A stretch of 64,000 nt of DNA from Octopus vulgaris (Eukaryota): NCBI GenBank assembly GCA_951406725.2, contig OX597828.1, positions 15,004,001-15,068,000 of the forward strand. The letters are read 5' to 3'. The notes below the pieces were generated by a model. The model saw only the letters and a list, made by a program, of their open reading frames with translations. It was not told where the DNA came from and made no database searches. Position 1 is the first letter of the stretch; each line of letters starts with the position of its first letter. This document shows, one piece after another, positions 12,082 through 24,130 of the stretch. Made by a program: the position numbers and the translations under genes.

Positions 12082-13182
12082 AAGTACCAGGTTAGTGTAA
12101 TTGACTTACCCCTTCTCCTGAACTTGCTGGTTGTGTGCCAAAATCTGAAGCCATTATTGCTATTATGTGCCTAGGCTCATCATATTTGTAGTATAGTATG
12201 AGCAAAGTGTAAGCACAGAGGCAACATGAAATAACAGTGGGTAGGGTGGGAGTTTGCATGAACATGCAGATGACTCCCACAAAGCTACAAAGCTACTCTG
12301 TAGCCACATACTCCATGGGTGAGGAGAAAAGAAAGCAATTAGACTAGTAGTGCAGAGCAAAAAGCCTGGTTGCTATACATATGTGCCACTTGAGTGAAAC
12401 TGCAAAAGTGGAGGATAAAACTGTTTTGAGCATCATCGGAGGCAGCAATATCTACAACAGCAGGTGACAGAAACTTTTGTTTCTAGAGCAATGCCAATCA
12501 CAACCCCAAAGTTTGTTCAAAATTCATTTTGTGCTCTACGTCAGGATTTGATGACCAGGAAGCTGAGAGGTAAAGTGTTGATTGTATGAACTACATCCCT
12601 TAACCTACGAGCTATGATTTGAGGGGATTTGGCTGCTATTTGTAACAGGTCAAGTGATTATGTACCAATTCCTCATTTGCTGAAGCTGTTAGACGTTGAT
12701 ATGTGTGTATGATTCAAAATTGTACAAAAACTGAAGACAGAAAGGTAGGTGAGTGAGCAACAAACAAGGTGTATTAGTTTGGTGCTCAGAAAAAATGGCA
12801 GAGTTTTTCACATTTTGAACCTACAGAAAATACTGAGGAAAGAAGACAAAGGAGAGAGAAAAATCCATGTCTGGAGTAATTGTTTCACTTGCAAAATTAT
12901 ACACACACATAGCATGGTTGTGTGGTTAAGAAGTTTACTTCCCAACCACATTGGTTCAAGTTCAGTCCTCTTGTGTAGTACCTTGTGCTAGTATCTTCTA
13001 CTCTAGCCCTGAGCCAACCAAAGCCTTCTGGGTAGATTTGGTTGACAGAAACTGAAAGAACCCCATCATATGTATATGTGTTTGTATGCATGGATGTATG
13101 TTTGAGAATATTTATTATTAATGAACAAAACTTTTTTCTTATTTTTTATGTATCCAATTATCATCTTGTTAATTATTTCTAG

Positions 13183-13257
13183 GATATCCAAGATTGGATA
13201 CGAGATAAAGAAGAAGTTGAAATAGTCGATTTAATTCTGAGATTAAGAGAAAAACTG
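13183..13257 (+). CDS. DENND6: DENND6 coding exon
   Basis: ttctag|GAT...CTG|gtaagt, 75 nt. Encodes DIQDWIRDKEEVEIVDLILRLREKL (EVE.VDL.L motif). Confidence 0.94.
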
Positions 13258-14502
13258 GTAAGTTCGTTTTCTTCCTTTATTTCTACAGTACGATGTTTTG
13301 TTGAGACACCTTTTCTTGACCACATCATATATTTATATATAACATTCATGGCTACCACTCCAAACTCATCACCACCAAACAACCGTTTTTTCCTTTTTAT
13401 CAAGACTCACATATTTTCACCTACTGAAATTTTATAAGATTATAGTTTTTCTCAGATTATTGACTTCTCACCTCTAGAGATAAAGCATTTATGAAAACAC
13501 TTCATCACCATTATCTCTTGCAACTCCTTCCGTTCATTTTCTCTTTCTCTCCCCTTTCTTTACTAAATGAGTATCCATACAAATCCTCTACAAGAACCTG
13601 CACTGCCCATTCCCCTCTCCATAGTTCAATCCCACAACCACTAGCATGAAGCTGACACCACCACCACCCCAGGGCTTGTAGTTTCTGTGAGCTGCATGGC
13701 AACCTCAATAGTGCAGGAGGCACAAAAAAAACACCCTATCTATGTGGCTTTAGGAATGGTATCTGGCCATAGGAACCATGTCAAAACAGACAGTGTAAAA
13801 CAATGCAGTCTTTGGACACATCAGATCCTGCTAAACTGTTCAACACATGCCAGCATGGAACACAGGCGTTAAATGATGATGCCGATGGTTATGGTGATGA
13901 CATCTAAGCTATGCTTTCATCAGTTTGATCTCTGACTGCCTTCAAGTTTTGCTTTTTCTTTTATCCCTAGATATGACTGGATTCAAACATGGAACTTTCA
14001 TTTTTAAGCTAACATTCTGAAACACACATATGCATCAATTGCCCCATTGATAATAATGTTCTGACCCTTAATTTAGAAACAAGAGTACCTATTCATATCC
14101 AGTGTGATAGTGTACATACAGGAATAAGATGTGATGATGGCTAACAACACATTTATAATTATACATTTCTTACCCACTATTTTTTAATGATTTTATATTT
14201 AAATACTGTCTTGAATACATTTTCCTACATTTACATGAGTGGACTGGTTTATATAAGTTTCTGACATCATACATATTTTTTAAATGATTGCTTTTTCCAA
14301 CTGACTAAGCCCTTCTATTGCTATCCAGTCAGCTGGAAGTAAGAGAAGTCTATTAACAATATTGAGTAACGGCCAGCAGAGAAACAGATCACGTGCCTTG
14401 CTCTGTTGCATTACATAATGGCTATAGTGAGACTGTAGTGAAGCTTGAATTACGACATTGATCAATATTTAAACATCTTTACTTCAAACATATCTTCAAT
14501 AG

Positions 14503-14660
14503 GCATAGGAGTGGCTGTGTGGTAAGTAGCTTGCTTACGAACCACATGTTTCCAGGTTCAGTCCCACTGTGTGGCACCTTGGGCAATTGTTTTCTACTAT
14601 AGCCTTGCACCAACCAAAGCCTTGTGAGTGGATTTGGTAGACGGAAACTGAAAGAAGCTC

Positions 14661-14697
<37 letters not shown>

Positions 14698-14857
14698 GTG
14701 TCTGTGTTTATCTCCCCGTAACTTAGTGGTTTGGCAAAAGAGACCGATAGAATAAGTACTAAGCTTACAAAGAAAACGTCTTGGGGTCGATTTGCTCAAC
14801 TAAAGGCAGTGCTCCAGCATGGCCGCAGTCAAATGACTGAAACGAGTAAAAGAGTAA
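14503..14857 (+). mobile_element. SINE family A
   Basis: Head ggagtggctgtgtggtaag (A-box-like) and ggttcagtcc (B-box-like), central (TA)n, tail agtaaaagagta. Confidence 0.9.
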
Positions 14858-15137
14858 TATGTCTTTCGTAATTGTTTCATTACTATAATTCTGTGGACAA
14901 AGATGGGATCTTTGTTGTATTGGATTTGACTTTAATGAAATAGCTTATCCTGCTGATGATCCATTTATTCTGTGGAGATATATGGCTAAAATTGTAGAAA
15001 GTAACATTTATATAATACCCAGTGTGTGAAGATGGTTCATGGTCCATGTCCAAACCTGGCGTTCTTTTGCATCTAAAATTGGTGCTTATATTTATATTGA
15101 AATCTTATTTAATTCATAATATAAAAAAAAATACATG

Positions 15138-15344
15138 CTAACTCTTTAGCATTCAAATTACTTAGTTGAATGTAATGCTTGTTTTATTCACATTGTTTTG
15201 AACTAAATATACATTATCTTGTAGCTTCAAGATTTTAATGATTTTTAGAATGTTATTGTAGTGCAGCTTCAAGTGGCCAGTTTAAGCATAAAGTAGATGA
15301 AATATTTGGGCTGGATATAGCTGGCTTAAATGCTAAAGCGTTAA
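15138..15344. mobile_element. piggyBac-type MITE
   Basis: Ends cTAA-ctctttagcatt...aatgctaaagcg-TTAA: terminal inverted repeats with a TTAA-type target. Confidence 0.7.
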
Positions 15345-15704
15345 ATAATGCAACAAATAAAGTTTAATTTGTTTTACATTGTGGTTCCTGACTCAAGGAA
15401 GCTTAGCTTCTTTTTCACAAGTCCTCATTACTCTGCTTCATAACTTTGACAACATCTGTTTCATTATATTTTAAAACTGGATATCATTTTTATTTTTCCA
15501 TAAGTTTTATAAAGCTAAATGATATTCTGTTTGACTGTCCAAAATGCACTAATTTGGCCGTCTATGAAGAAGTTGGATTCAAGCTTAGATGGCTGTGGGA
15601 ATAAGCTCTTTGTTTCACAATCACCTGGTGTGAATCCACTACATTTTCTATTGGAATACTTTACCTTTCTTTCAATTAATTTTGAAAATAATGCAAAATG
15701 TGAA

Positions 15705-15946
15705 ATAATTGTTATTTCTTTATTGCCCACAAGGGGCTAAACATAGAGGGGACAAACAAGGACAGACAAAGGGATTAAGTCGATTATATCGATCCCAGTG
15801 TGTAACTGGTACTTATTTAATCGACCCTGAAAGGATGGAAGGCAAAGTCAACCTCGGTGGAATTTGAACTCAGAACATAACAGCAGACAAAATACCACTT
15901 AGCATTTAGCCCGGTATGCTAACGTTTCTGCCAGCTCACCGCCTTA
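15705..15946 (-). mobile_element. tRNA-derived SINE family B
   Basis: Minus-strand head aaggcggtgagctggcagaa...gagttcaaattcc (B box); many copies in the window. Confidence 0.85.
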
Positions 15947-16932
15947 AAATGTAAAATAACTGTACCATCATTAAGCTGGTGTTAAAGACATAAATTAATA
16001 TGGAATTTTGATGAAGTTTAAAATGGTGTCAAAAGTTTTAAGCAAGGGCCTTTTTCTACAGGCTTTGTGAATGAAATATTGGACCCTGTTGGAGGACTGG
16101 TTCTGTTCTTAGGTTGTAGACATAGTGTTGCCCTGTTTAACACCACCATCTGGTACTTGGATGCTTTTAACAGAATCTCACTGTTTGAAGCACTTTAACA
16201 GATTTATGATATGAGTATAACCCAAGATCTGAAAGGATCTCCTCTCTATCCTCTGTCAGGATTGGAGACACTGCAATAAGGTCATGGATGCTACCCTGCT
16301 TCTCTTGAGTTAAGCTGTAAAAAAACAAACAATAAAAAAAATATAAAGTCATGGGTTCCCAGTGTTCTTTCATGAATATTGCATATTTCTGACATGATAG
16401 TAATTTGCAATGAACCTGATGTTGGAAGACCTGTGTTAATAATGGTTTCAAATTTTTTGGCACAAGGCCAGCAATTTGTGGCAGGGCGTAAGTTAATTAC
16501 ATCAACCCTAGTGCTCATTTTATTGACCTTCCCCACAAAAAAATGAAAGGCAAAATCAACCTCAGCTGAATTCAGAACATAAAGACGGACAAAATGTTGC
16601 TAAGTATTTTCCCCAGCTTGGCCAGTGTTAATAATATAAAATGGGTTCTGAGTTAGATACAAGGGCAGTAATTTTGAGGGAATGGAATTAGTTGATCACA
16701 TTGGCCCCTGTATTTGACTGGTACTTCATTTTATCAACTCCAGAAGGATGTAAAGCAAAGTTGACTATGACAGGATTTGAACTCGGAATGTAAAAAGCTG
16801 GAATAAATATTGCTCAGTATTTTTCCCCAAAGCTCTAATGATTCTGCCAGTTCACCCAACATAACAAAAAATATCATTATCAAAAGATCTATTGTTTTAT
16901 TTAATTTTTTTTTTCCTCCCTCTCTCTTCTAG

Positions 16933-17052
16933 ACATTTGCTGCCAACAATCAATCAGCCGTTGACCGGAACTGTGTTGTGAAACTTCACCAACATGTCGA
17001 CACTATCATCTGCTCTTTACCAGCTGATCTACAAGTTGTGCTGAAAACATGA
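16933..17052 (+). CDS. DENND6: DENND6 terminal coding exon with stop codon
   Basis: Long pyrimidine tract ttctag|ACA... Encodes TFAANNQSAVDRNCVVKLHQHVDTIICSLPADLQVVLKT* (cf. HIDAIILALPEDLQGIL); TGA at 17050-17052. Confidence 0.93.
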   Translation, partial: TFAANNQSAVDRNCVVKLHQHVDTIICSLPADLQVVLKT

Positions 17053-17183
17053 CGTTATACCAGCCACCTGTCTCCTCTACCAGTTCTTTGACAAGTATTC
17101 ATTTCAGTTAAACTTGCAAAATCCCAAATCTTGCAGAAATGAGCTGTCGACTTAAAAACTACTTTAAAAATATTAACATCAAC

Positions 17184-17272
17184 ACCACCATCACTACTAT
17201 CATCACCACCACTACTATTACTACTACTACTACTACTTCTGCTATTATTATAATTATTACTACTACAACTTC
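17184..17272. repeat. (CAC/CTA/TTA)n trinucleotide low-complexity tract in the DENND6 3'UTR
   Basis: Seen directly in the sequence. Confidence 0.8.
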
Positions 17273-17798
17273 TGCAGTTCACCTGACAGCTAACATATGA
17301 TTATTACTGCTGATGTTGTTGATGTTGGAGGATTGCTCTCAAAAACCTGGTTTCACTACTGCTTCTAACGAACTGAGATCACTTCTACTTCAACAACAAC
17401 ATTTTATTTCATCTAAAATATCTCATCCAGAAAAATAAGAAAGCCACACACCATAACCTTTTTTTTTTTTTTGTCTTTATCTCCTAGCACCACCTGCACT
17501 GTATCAAATCATTATTTGTTTTTGTTTTTTGTAGGGTTTTTTTTTTTCCTTTCTTTTTGTCATTACTTCTCTACAACCTGTTTTGAAGTCAGAATTCAAA
17601 TCCATAGTGATTGTGAAGTCTTTCAGAAAAAAAATGATAATTTTAGAATCTGGAAGGATATTGAGGTAATCCCAATTAATCAGTCACTTGGATTATCAGC
17701 TATGGGCACCCTCTGTCAAGATGCAGGCCACATGAGACATGGTGGACCACACTACTTAAAATTTTTAATACATGTTATTTTCCTTGTAAAATTAGGTG

Positions 17799-17865
17799 TG
17801 CCCCTCAGAAAGCTGTGTGATCCACAGTCTGCCCCTCAGAAAGCTGTGTGATCCACAGTCTGCCC
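17799..17865. repeat. Exact 31-bp tandem duplication
   Basis: tgcccctcagaaagctgtgtgatccacagtc x2 plus tgccc. Confidence 0.95.
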
Positions 17866-20800
17866 ATGGCTGAGCTTATACCATTCTGGGGGTGGTTGTT
17901 GTCGTTTAGCACCTAAGTCAGCCGTGATCAAGTAGACCTATAACCAAAGGCATTCCAGTGGCCATGACCATCCTGACTTTTTGCCTAAAATTTTTTTTTT
18001 TATGGCAGGATTTGATTTGAGGTGGGTGTTGGTTGCTGTTTCTTGCAGGTCAAGTGACCGCTGATATTAAAAAGAAGACTGCTATAACTTCTACATTCTT
18101 ATATATACACACACAAAGATGTTTGTATGTATATATATATACATATATATATATATATTGTATGAAAGATATTGGGTGATTTTATTTATATAAGTAAATT
18201 CCCTAACAATATTTTGCAATAAAAAAGGGCCATTTTAACTGCATTTGTTCTTAAAATTTAAAATCTTTTACTTCAAATCTTCTCGTAATTAACTATATTT
18301 TATTTTTCTTCATTAACAAATTTTATCAGTTGAAGAAGAGAAATAATTTTCTGTTTTTTTTTTTTTATAATATGTATACAAATGAATAAATCAGTCTTTT
18401 GTAAATCATCACTATTTGAGTTACATACTTATGTAGACACGAATTAACTCTCACAGCTTTAATTTCATCTATTCACTATAGATTAATTGCCTTTTATTCT
18501 AAGCTAGCAATATTATTTACCAAGTAGAAATCTTCATAGGCACCATAGTTTAGGTTTACTTTTAGACTAGCTCTGTTTGTTTTAGATACTTCAAAGTCTC
18601 TAAGTTTTCCTTGCCTGTGGTGCCTTGCTATTTAAATCACTAAAATGGTTACAAAACTAACCCTCGCCTCACCCCTCTGAGACAAAGACTAAATTCAAAT
18701 TATAACATAAGTGTGTTTCAGTTCACATGTCTTTTAACTTCTACAAATGTCAAAAACAAACAAAAAAGAAATCCTGCTACATCCTGTCAAAGACACTAAT
18801 GCTTGTGGCAAAATACATCCATTAAATTACTGAATCAACTGTGATTTTTCAGACAATGAAGAAACACTTACTATGATCTCTGAATCTCATTGCAACATCA
18901 TAGCATGATTTTCTTTTTTCCTCTTTCTTTCTCTCTCTCTTTTTTTTTTCGTTTTCTATAGATTTTCCAAAAAATTCAAATTTTATCATTTTTTGTTCCT
19001 TTTTTATAATTTCCTTTGGTTTTTTTGTGGGGTTTCCCTCCCCACTCTCCCCAAAAATTTTATTTTTCTCTTGATTTCTGAATATTTTTGTTAATTTGCT
19101 TTCATTTTTCTTTCTTTTTTTTTGCTCCAATAATTTCTATAAAACTTCAAAAAGCAAAGAGAAAAAAAAATCCCAAAGAAAATAATGTTTTTACGCTTTC
19201 TAAATATATTTATGCATAAAATATTACAAAGAGTTATATATTTCAGGAATTGAAGTCATAATAAGTAAAGATGATAATGATGTTGAAGATGACAATGATG
19301 GCCATTTCTACTTCTTTCTTTTGCTGATCAACTTTGCCACATTCAGCAAAAACTTCATCAAATATAATTTGTTCTAGTTATAGATGCTAACTCATCCAAA
19401 ATGATTCATCTGCTCCAATATATTCTATACTTCAGGTCACAGTATGGCTTTTCTAACTCCAAATTATTATTTGTCTGCCCTCAATGAGGGTTTTTTTTTT
19501 TTTAATTGTTATTTTAAAACTATATTTTTAACTTCATTTTTCATGCAATTTACCTCATTTCAAAAGTTTGTGATTTTTGTTTTTGTGTCTCTTACTATTG
19601 TTGCTGTTTTTTTTGTTTTTTAGATCCATGGTCAGCTCTGATCAAGCAGACCTATTATCAAAGGCATTTCCATCCTTCACTGTCCCCCTACCTTTTTTAG
19701 AGGTAGTTCTTGGAAGGATTACATTATCTAATATGTCCTGCCTGCCTTTTTATTTTCCCCCATGATGGTGGGGTTGCGATTTCTAACCACTTGAGTCTCT
19801 CTCTATGTAGAAGTTTTGTTTCTATTTTTGTTTATTTTAATAGTTGTTTTGATGGTGATGATGGTGGTATTTTTAAAAGAATCCTTTAGCAAGTGCCATG
19901 GCATAAGTCATAAACTCTCAGTAAATCAAGTCCACAACCTAGATTCAGCTCTTCACAGATATTTCACTTAATCCAACAAAATACCTCTTGAGAAATGCAT
20001 GAATGTCACCCCTCAACACAGATACAAAGCCAATAGGGACAGTCACCAGACGACATGTATCTTTGGTCACTAAAAAGTCAAATAAATGATTTTAATCTAT
20101 CATCACATTCGTGTCTTGCATAAATAAATAATATATATTGATCACTAGCTGATGACTGTAGCATGGATTTATTGATTTTGTATAGTAATTAGTCGATGTG
20201 GATGGTAAGGGTTAGTGCCCGTAAACTGTATAGCAGTTTAGATACAGAAGAAATCATGAAAGGTCATCTTGTATGTCACAACCATGATTTAGAGCCAAGT
20301 TGTTCATCTTTGTCATTAAGCTAAAAGAAACTGCAAATTAGCAAAGTTATGACACCTTGACAGGGAGCTATTATAGCCACAGGTAGACCATGATAGACCA
20401 AAAGTACATCATGTGTATGTGTGTTTGACTCAACATATTTGCATTGGCACCATTTGTACAGCAGTAATGTTTAGTTATATACTGCAGCCCAGATGTCTGA
20501 TATATGAGATCAGCGAAATAAAGTACTTCATTTGAAAACAAGTAAATTTCATATTCTAGAACACCATTGCTCAGTCATATAGGGAATTATTATTGGTCCA
20601 AACATATCCAGGTGTTTACAAATCTGGTTATTTGTTTGTTCATTAGACTTAGAGATTATTATCTCGCTTGGAAACAAGTGGGTGGGTAGCAACAGAACAA
20701 CATCCAGCCACAAAAAACTCTGTCCCTACATACTCTTGTCTGATCTGTGCAAGCATGGAAAATAGACATTAAAATGATGAGGAGACCACAGGAAACAACA

Positions 20801-22819
20801 ATACTCTAGGTGGAGACTGTGTGAAGGTAGACAACTGAAAGATGATGACATCTGAATCTCCAACCTTGAATGTTGTGACAACCCCAGAGCTCATCCTCCA
20901 AGTCATATCAACTTTGTGGTATGGAAACTCCTTCTGAGACTGTTTTCAACAATTACTCCTTAGTCTCTGTGAGAGGTTTCTTTTGAGAGAAAAGAGTATG
21001 ATTGTGTAAGGACATCCTCTATTCCAAAGTTGGTAAACTCCAATTTTATTTCAGTAGCTGCATATTGTTTTGAATAACATTAACACCAGTCAGGAATTTA
21101 TCAAGGCTCTCTGGTGAGTAGTGTTGTATTTTCTTTCATCGCTGCTATGATGCCTGGTGTCCCAAAAGTCGTTAGGGATTATGTAGCAGCATGTTTTCAT
21201 TCATCCTGCATAAGTCAGCTTCAGTAGGAATCACCAAAGACAGAGCAATATTGATTGTTTCTGTAATATCTCTTCCTATTTCTTTAGCATCATTGAATAA
21301 AATACTGTTTTCTTTGATCAGTGAGCCAATTTGTGAAACAACAGCCCCGTATTTTTCTGTTAATTTCTGCAATTCTTTCAGTGATTTTACCTTCCTCTGC
21401 AGCCCTTTCTATCATGTTCGAGAAATACTTTTTAGAATTTGAGTTTTGTTATTAATATTAGTTGTAGGTGTTACTGCTGGTGGTATATTAGTTTATTTCT
21501 TTTGTTTAATCTTTTGATTTTCCAAATGAGAGTTCTTTGGTTTGGGTTTGGTTTTGTTTGGTTCTTTTATTTTCTCTTGGGATCCCATTTCTGTTCATGT
21601 CCTCAAGTAGTGTTAGGGTATTTGGTATTGGTAACAATACACTGAAACATCTGCCATGTCATATTTTGATGTTTGTAGAAATGTATGTGTAAGACCAGTC
21701 AACAAGCAATAGGGCAGGTTTAATTGTTTCCCAGTTTGTGCAAATCCATATTGCCAAACGGGTTCGTTGAAATAAATATGCTTGGTTTAGGCATGGAATG
21801 ATGGTAACTAAGATTACAGTGTGCCAGTTAAATATTGGGTTTCTTTGTAGAAATCTTTGATGGCATACTTTTTATAACAGATGGGTTTTGACTCTTGAGA
21901 AGTTGTCAGTGAGAGGACTAGAGAGTCCTTCCTACCCTGTGAGAGTCATTTTATTCCTGCATGGACAACAGATGTTAAATGATGATGATGTTTATTATTA
22001 TTACTGTTCTCTGGGGATGTAGCGTCCATGCCTATTCTTTTCATTCATTCATTATTTTTTCTTTGCATAGGTTTTACTAATGGCTGCTGTTCATGTCAAC
22101 ACTCACTTTACAGCACGAGCTAGATGCATTTTATCATGCTATTGATACTAGAGAAGTTTGTCCATATATATGATGGGATTCTACATAGTTTCCATCTACC
22201 AATATTTATTAGTAGAAAGAAAATTTGCATTCCAATTGAATCATTCTACTGCTTGATATCTTGATAATAAAATCACACACATTCATATTTACTCCTATTT
22301 GTGTACATTATATTTATTGTACATCCTTTTTCCATGCTGGCATGGGTTGGATAGATCATCATAGTCCAAGACCTTTTGTATTGGAGTCACTGGATGTCCT
22401 TCCAATCACTAACCACTTTACTGAGTGCAGTTGGTGCATTTTCTGGTGGCACCATATTAGAGAGATCAAATAGTCCTCAGCAAACCAGAACTAATGGATG
22501 CTTTGATCATTTTTCCAATCACTTTACGGTAGGTGCATTTTTCATGACACCAACGCTAGGGAGCTTCTCTTGCTCACCAATTACTATAGAAGGAGCACAG
22601 CATGTATGGGATTTTGTTGTGGCACCAACAGAAGAGTAGTGCAGGTGCCTTGTACACATTTACATACAAATTTTAAATAGTAAAAGTGAAACTAGTTAGG
22701 ACAGTTATAAGAAAAATATCTAAATTTTTGGATTGATTGTTAGTTTTAAAATATGACATATTACACCACTTTATTATATTTCAGAATAACTTTTACAATA
22801 TGTAAAGTTTTATCTTCAT

Positions 22820-23192
22820 ACTCTTTTATTTGTTTCAGTCATTTGACTGGGGCCATGCTGGAGCACCGCCTTTAGCCAAGCAAATCGACCCCAGGACTTA
22901 TTCTTTGTAAGCCTAGTACTTATTCTATCGGTCTCTTTTGCCGAACTGCTAAGTTACTGGGACGCAAACACACCAGCATCGGTTGTCAAACGGTGAGGGG
23001 ACAAACACAGACACACACACATATATATATATATGACAGGCTTCTTTCAGTTTCCATCTAACAAATCCACTCACAAGGCTTTGGTCGGCCCTGAGGCTAT
23101 AGTAGAAGACACTTGCCTAAGGTGCCACGCAGTGGGATTAAACCCGGAACCATGTGGTTGGTAAGCAAGCTACATACCACACAGCCACTACT
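22820..23192 (-). mobile_element. SINE family A
   Basis: Reverse-complement copy of family A. Confidence 0.9.
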
Positions 23193-23339
23193 GTTCAATT
23201 ATAATCGCTTACTCATGGACAACAACACACATGTAGAAATTATGTTACTGCATAAATCTCAGTATTGTCTTGCCACCAGCCTTTTCTGTCACCAACAGCT
23301 GTAGGATTAATAATAATGATAAAAATAAATTTTTAAAAA

Positions 23340-24130
23340 ATACATTAGGAGATAGGAAGTGACGGGGGTAAAAATGAAATTGATTGTCCATCTCTGAAGG
23401 AAGTGACAGTTGAAGAAGTTATGCACAGTAGCAATGTTGCCTTCAACAACAGTCACCAAATAGTATTACTAGTTAACCTGCAGACAAAGTATCCACAATT
23501 TTGTATACTTTTAAGATGATGATGATGATGCAAACTATACAAATGGAAGATAAGCCATAACATTTGTAATTTGCTCACTGGCTCCTTTGACAATCAAAAA
23601 CTATCGCTAATATTCACTGGTCTGATAAATCCTCCTTCCTGTTTGATGAGGTCATCAGTTGATTACATTCACCAAAACTGTGTGTTCATGGCAGTTTTGT
23701 TTCAATACAGTCACCTAACGCTATTCTTTAATGATACTGATAACAGCAACAATTATCTAGAATTGCTGCAATTATGTTTTGCCCCTCAAGTGGCAGCAAA
23801 ATAAAGCACCAGTGCAACACTTTGCTACAAATGCCAAACAGATCCTCACCACAGCATGCACAGAGGACAAAATCATCAACAGAAGTTGCCTTCATGTTTG
23901 CCCTCCCTCCCCACAACCAAATTCTTGGTTTGCCAAAAGTCTTAAGTTTCACCATGACAAGCCAATAGCATAGAACCATCTCAAAGACAAGATAATCCTC
24001 ATTTGTGATGCAATCACACCTGGAGAATTTCCTCAAGCCGTATCAATTATTCAGTTACAATGAGGATTGTCATTGAACAAAATGAAAATCTGATCGAATA
24101 TTATCATAACAACAAACTTCTCTGAAAAAT
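23340..24130 (+). mobile_element. Highly decayed Tc1/mariner-superfamily transposase remnant
   Basis: Fragments CPPSP (WPPxSPD-like) and HLKDKIILICDAITP...IVIEQN.NLIEY resemble a Tc1/maT transposase C-terminus; many stops and frameshifts. Confidence 0.45.

Noticed and set aside
14479-14799. Recurrent short ORFs such as ASFSFRLPNPLTRLW (also 44673, 53163, 63405) and GCTRLQSDLA (33341, 51877)
   Set aside because: Chance translations of SINE or RTE-UTR copies, not a gene family.
18849-19130. Lys/Glu-rich 93-aa ORF (and a similar one at 54214-54429)
   Set aside because: Produced by poly-T or poly-A low-complexity sequence.
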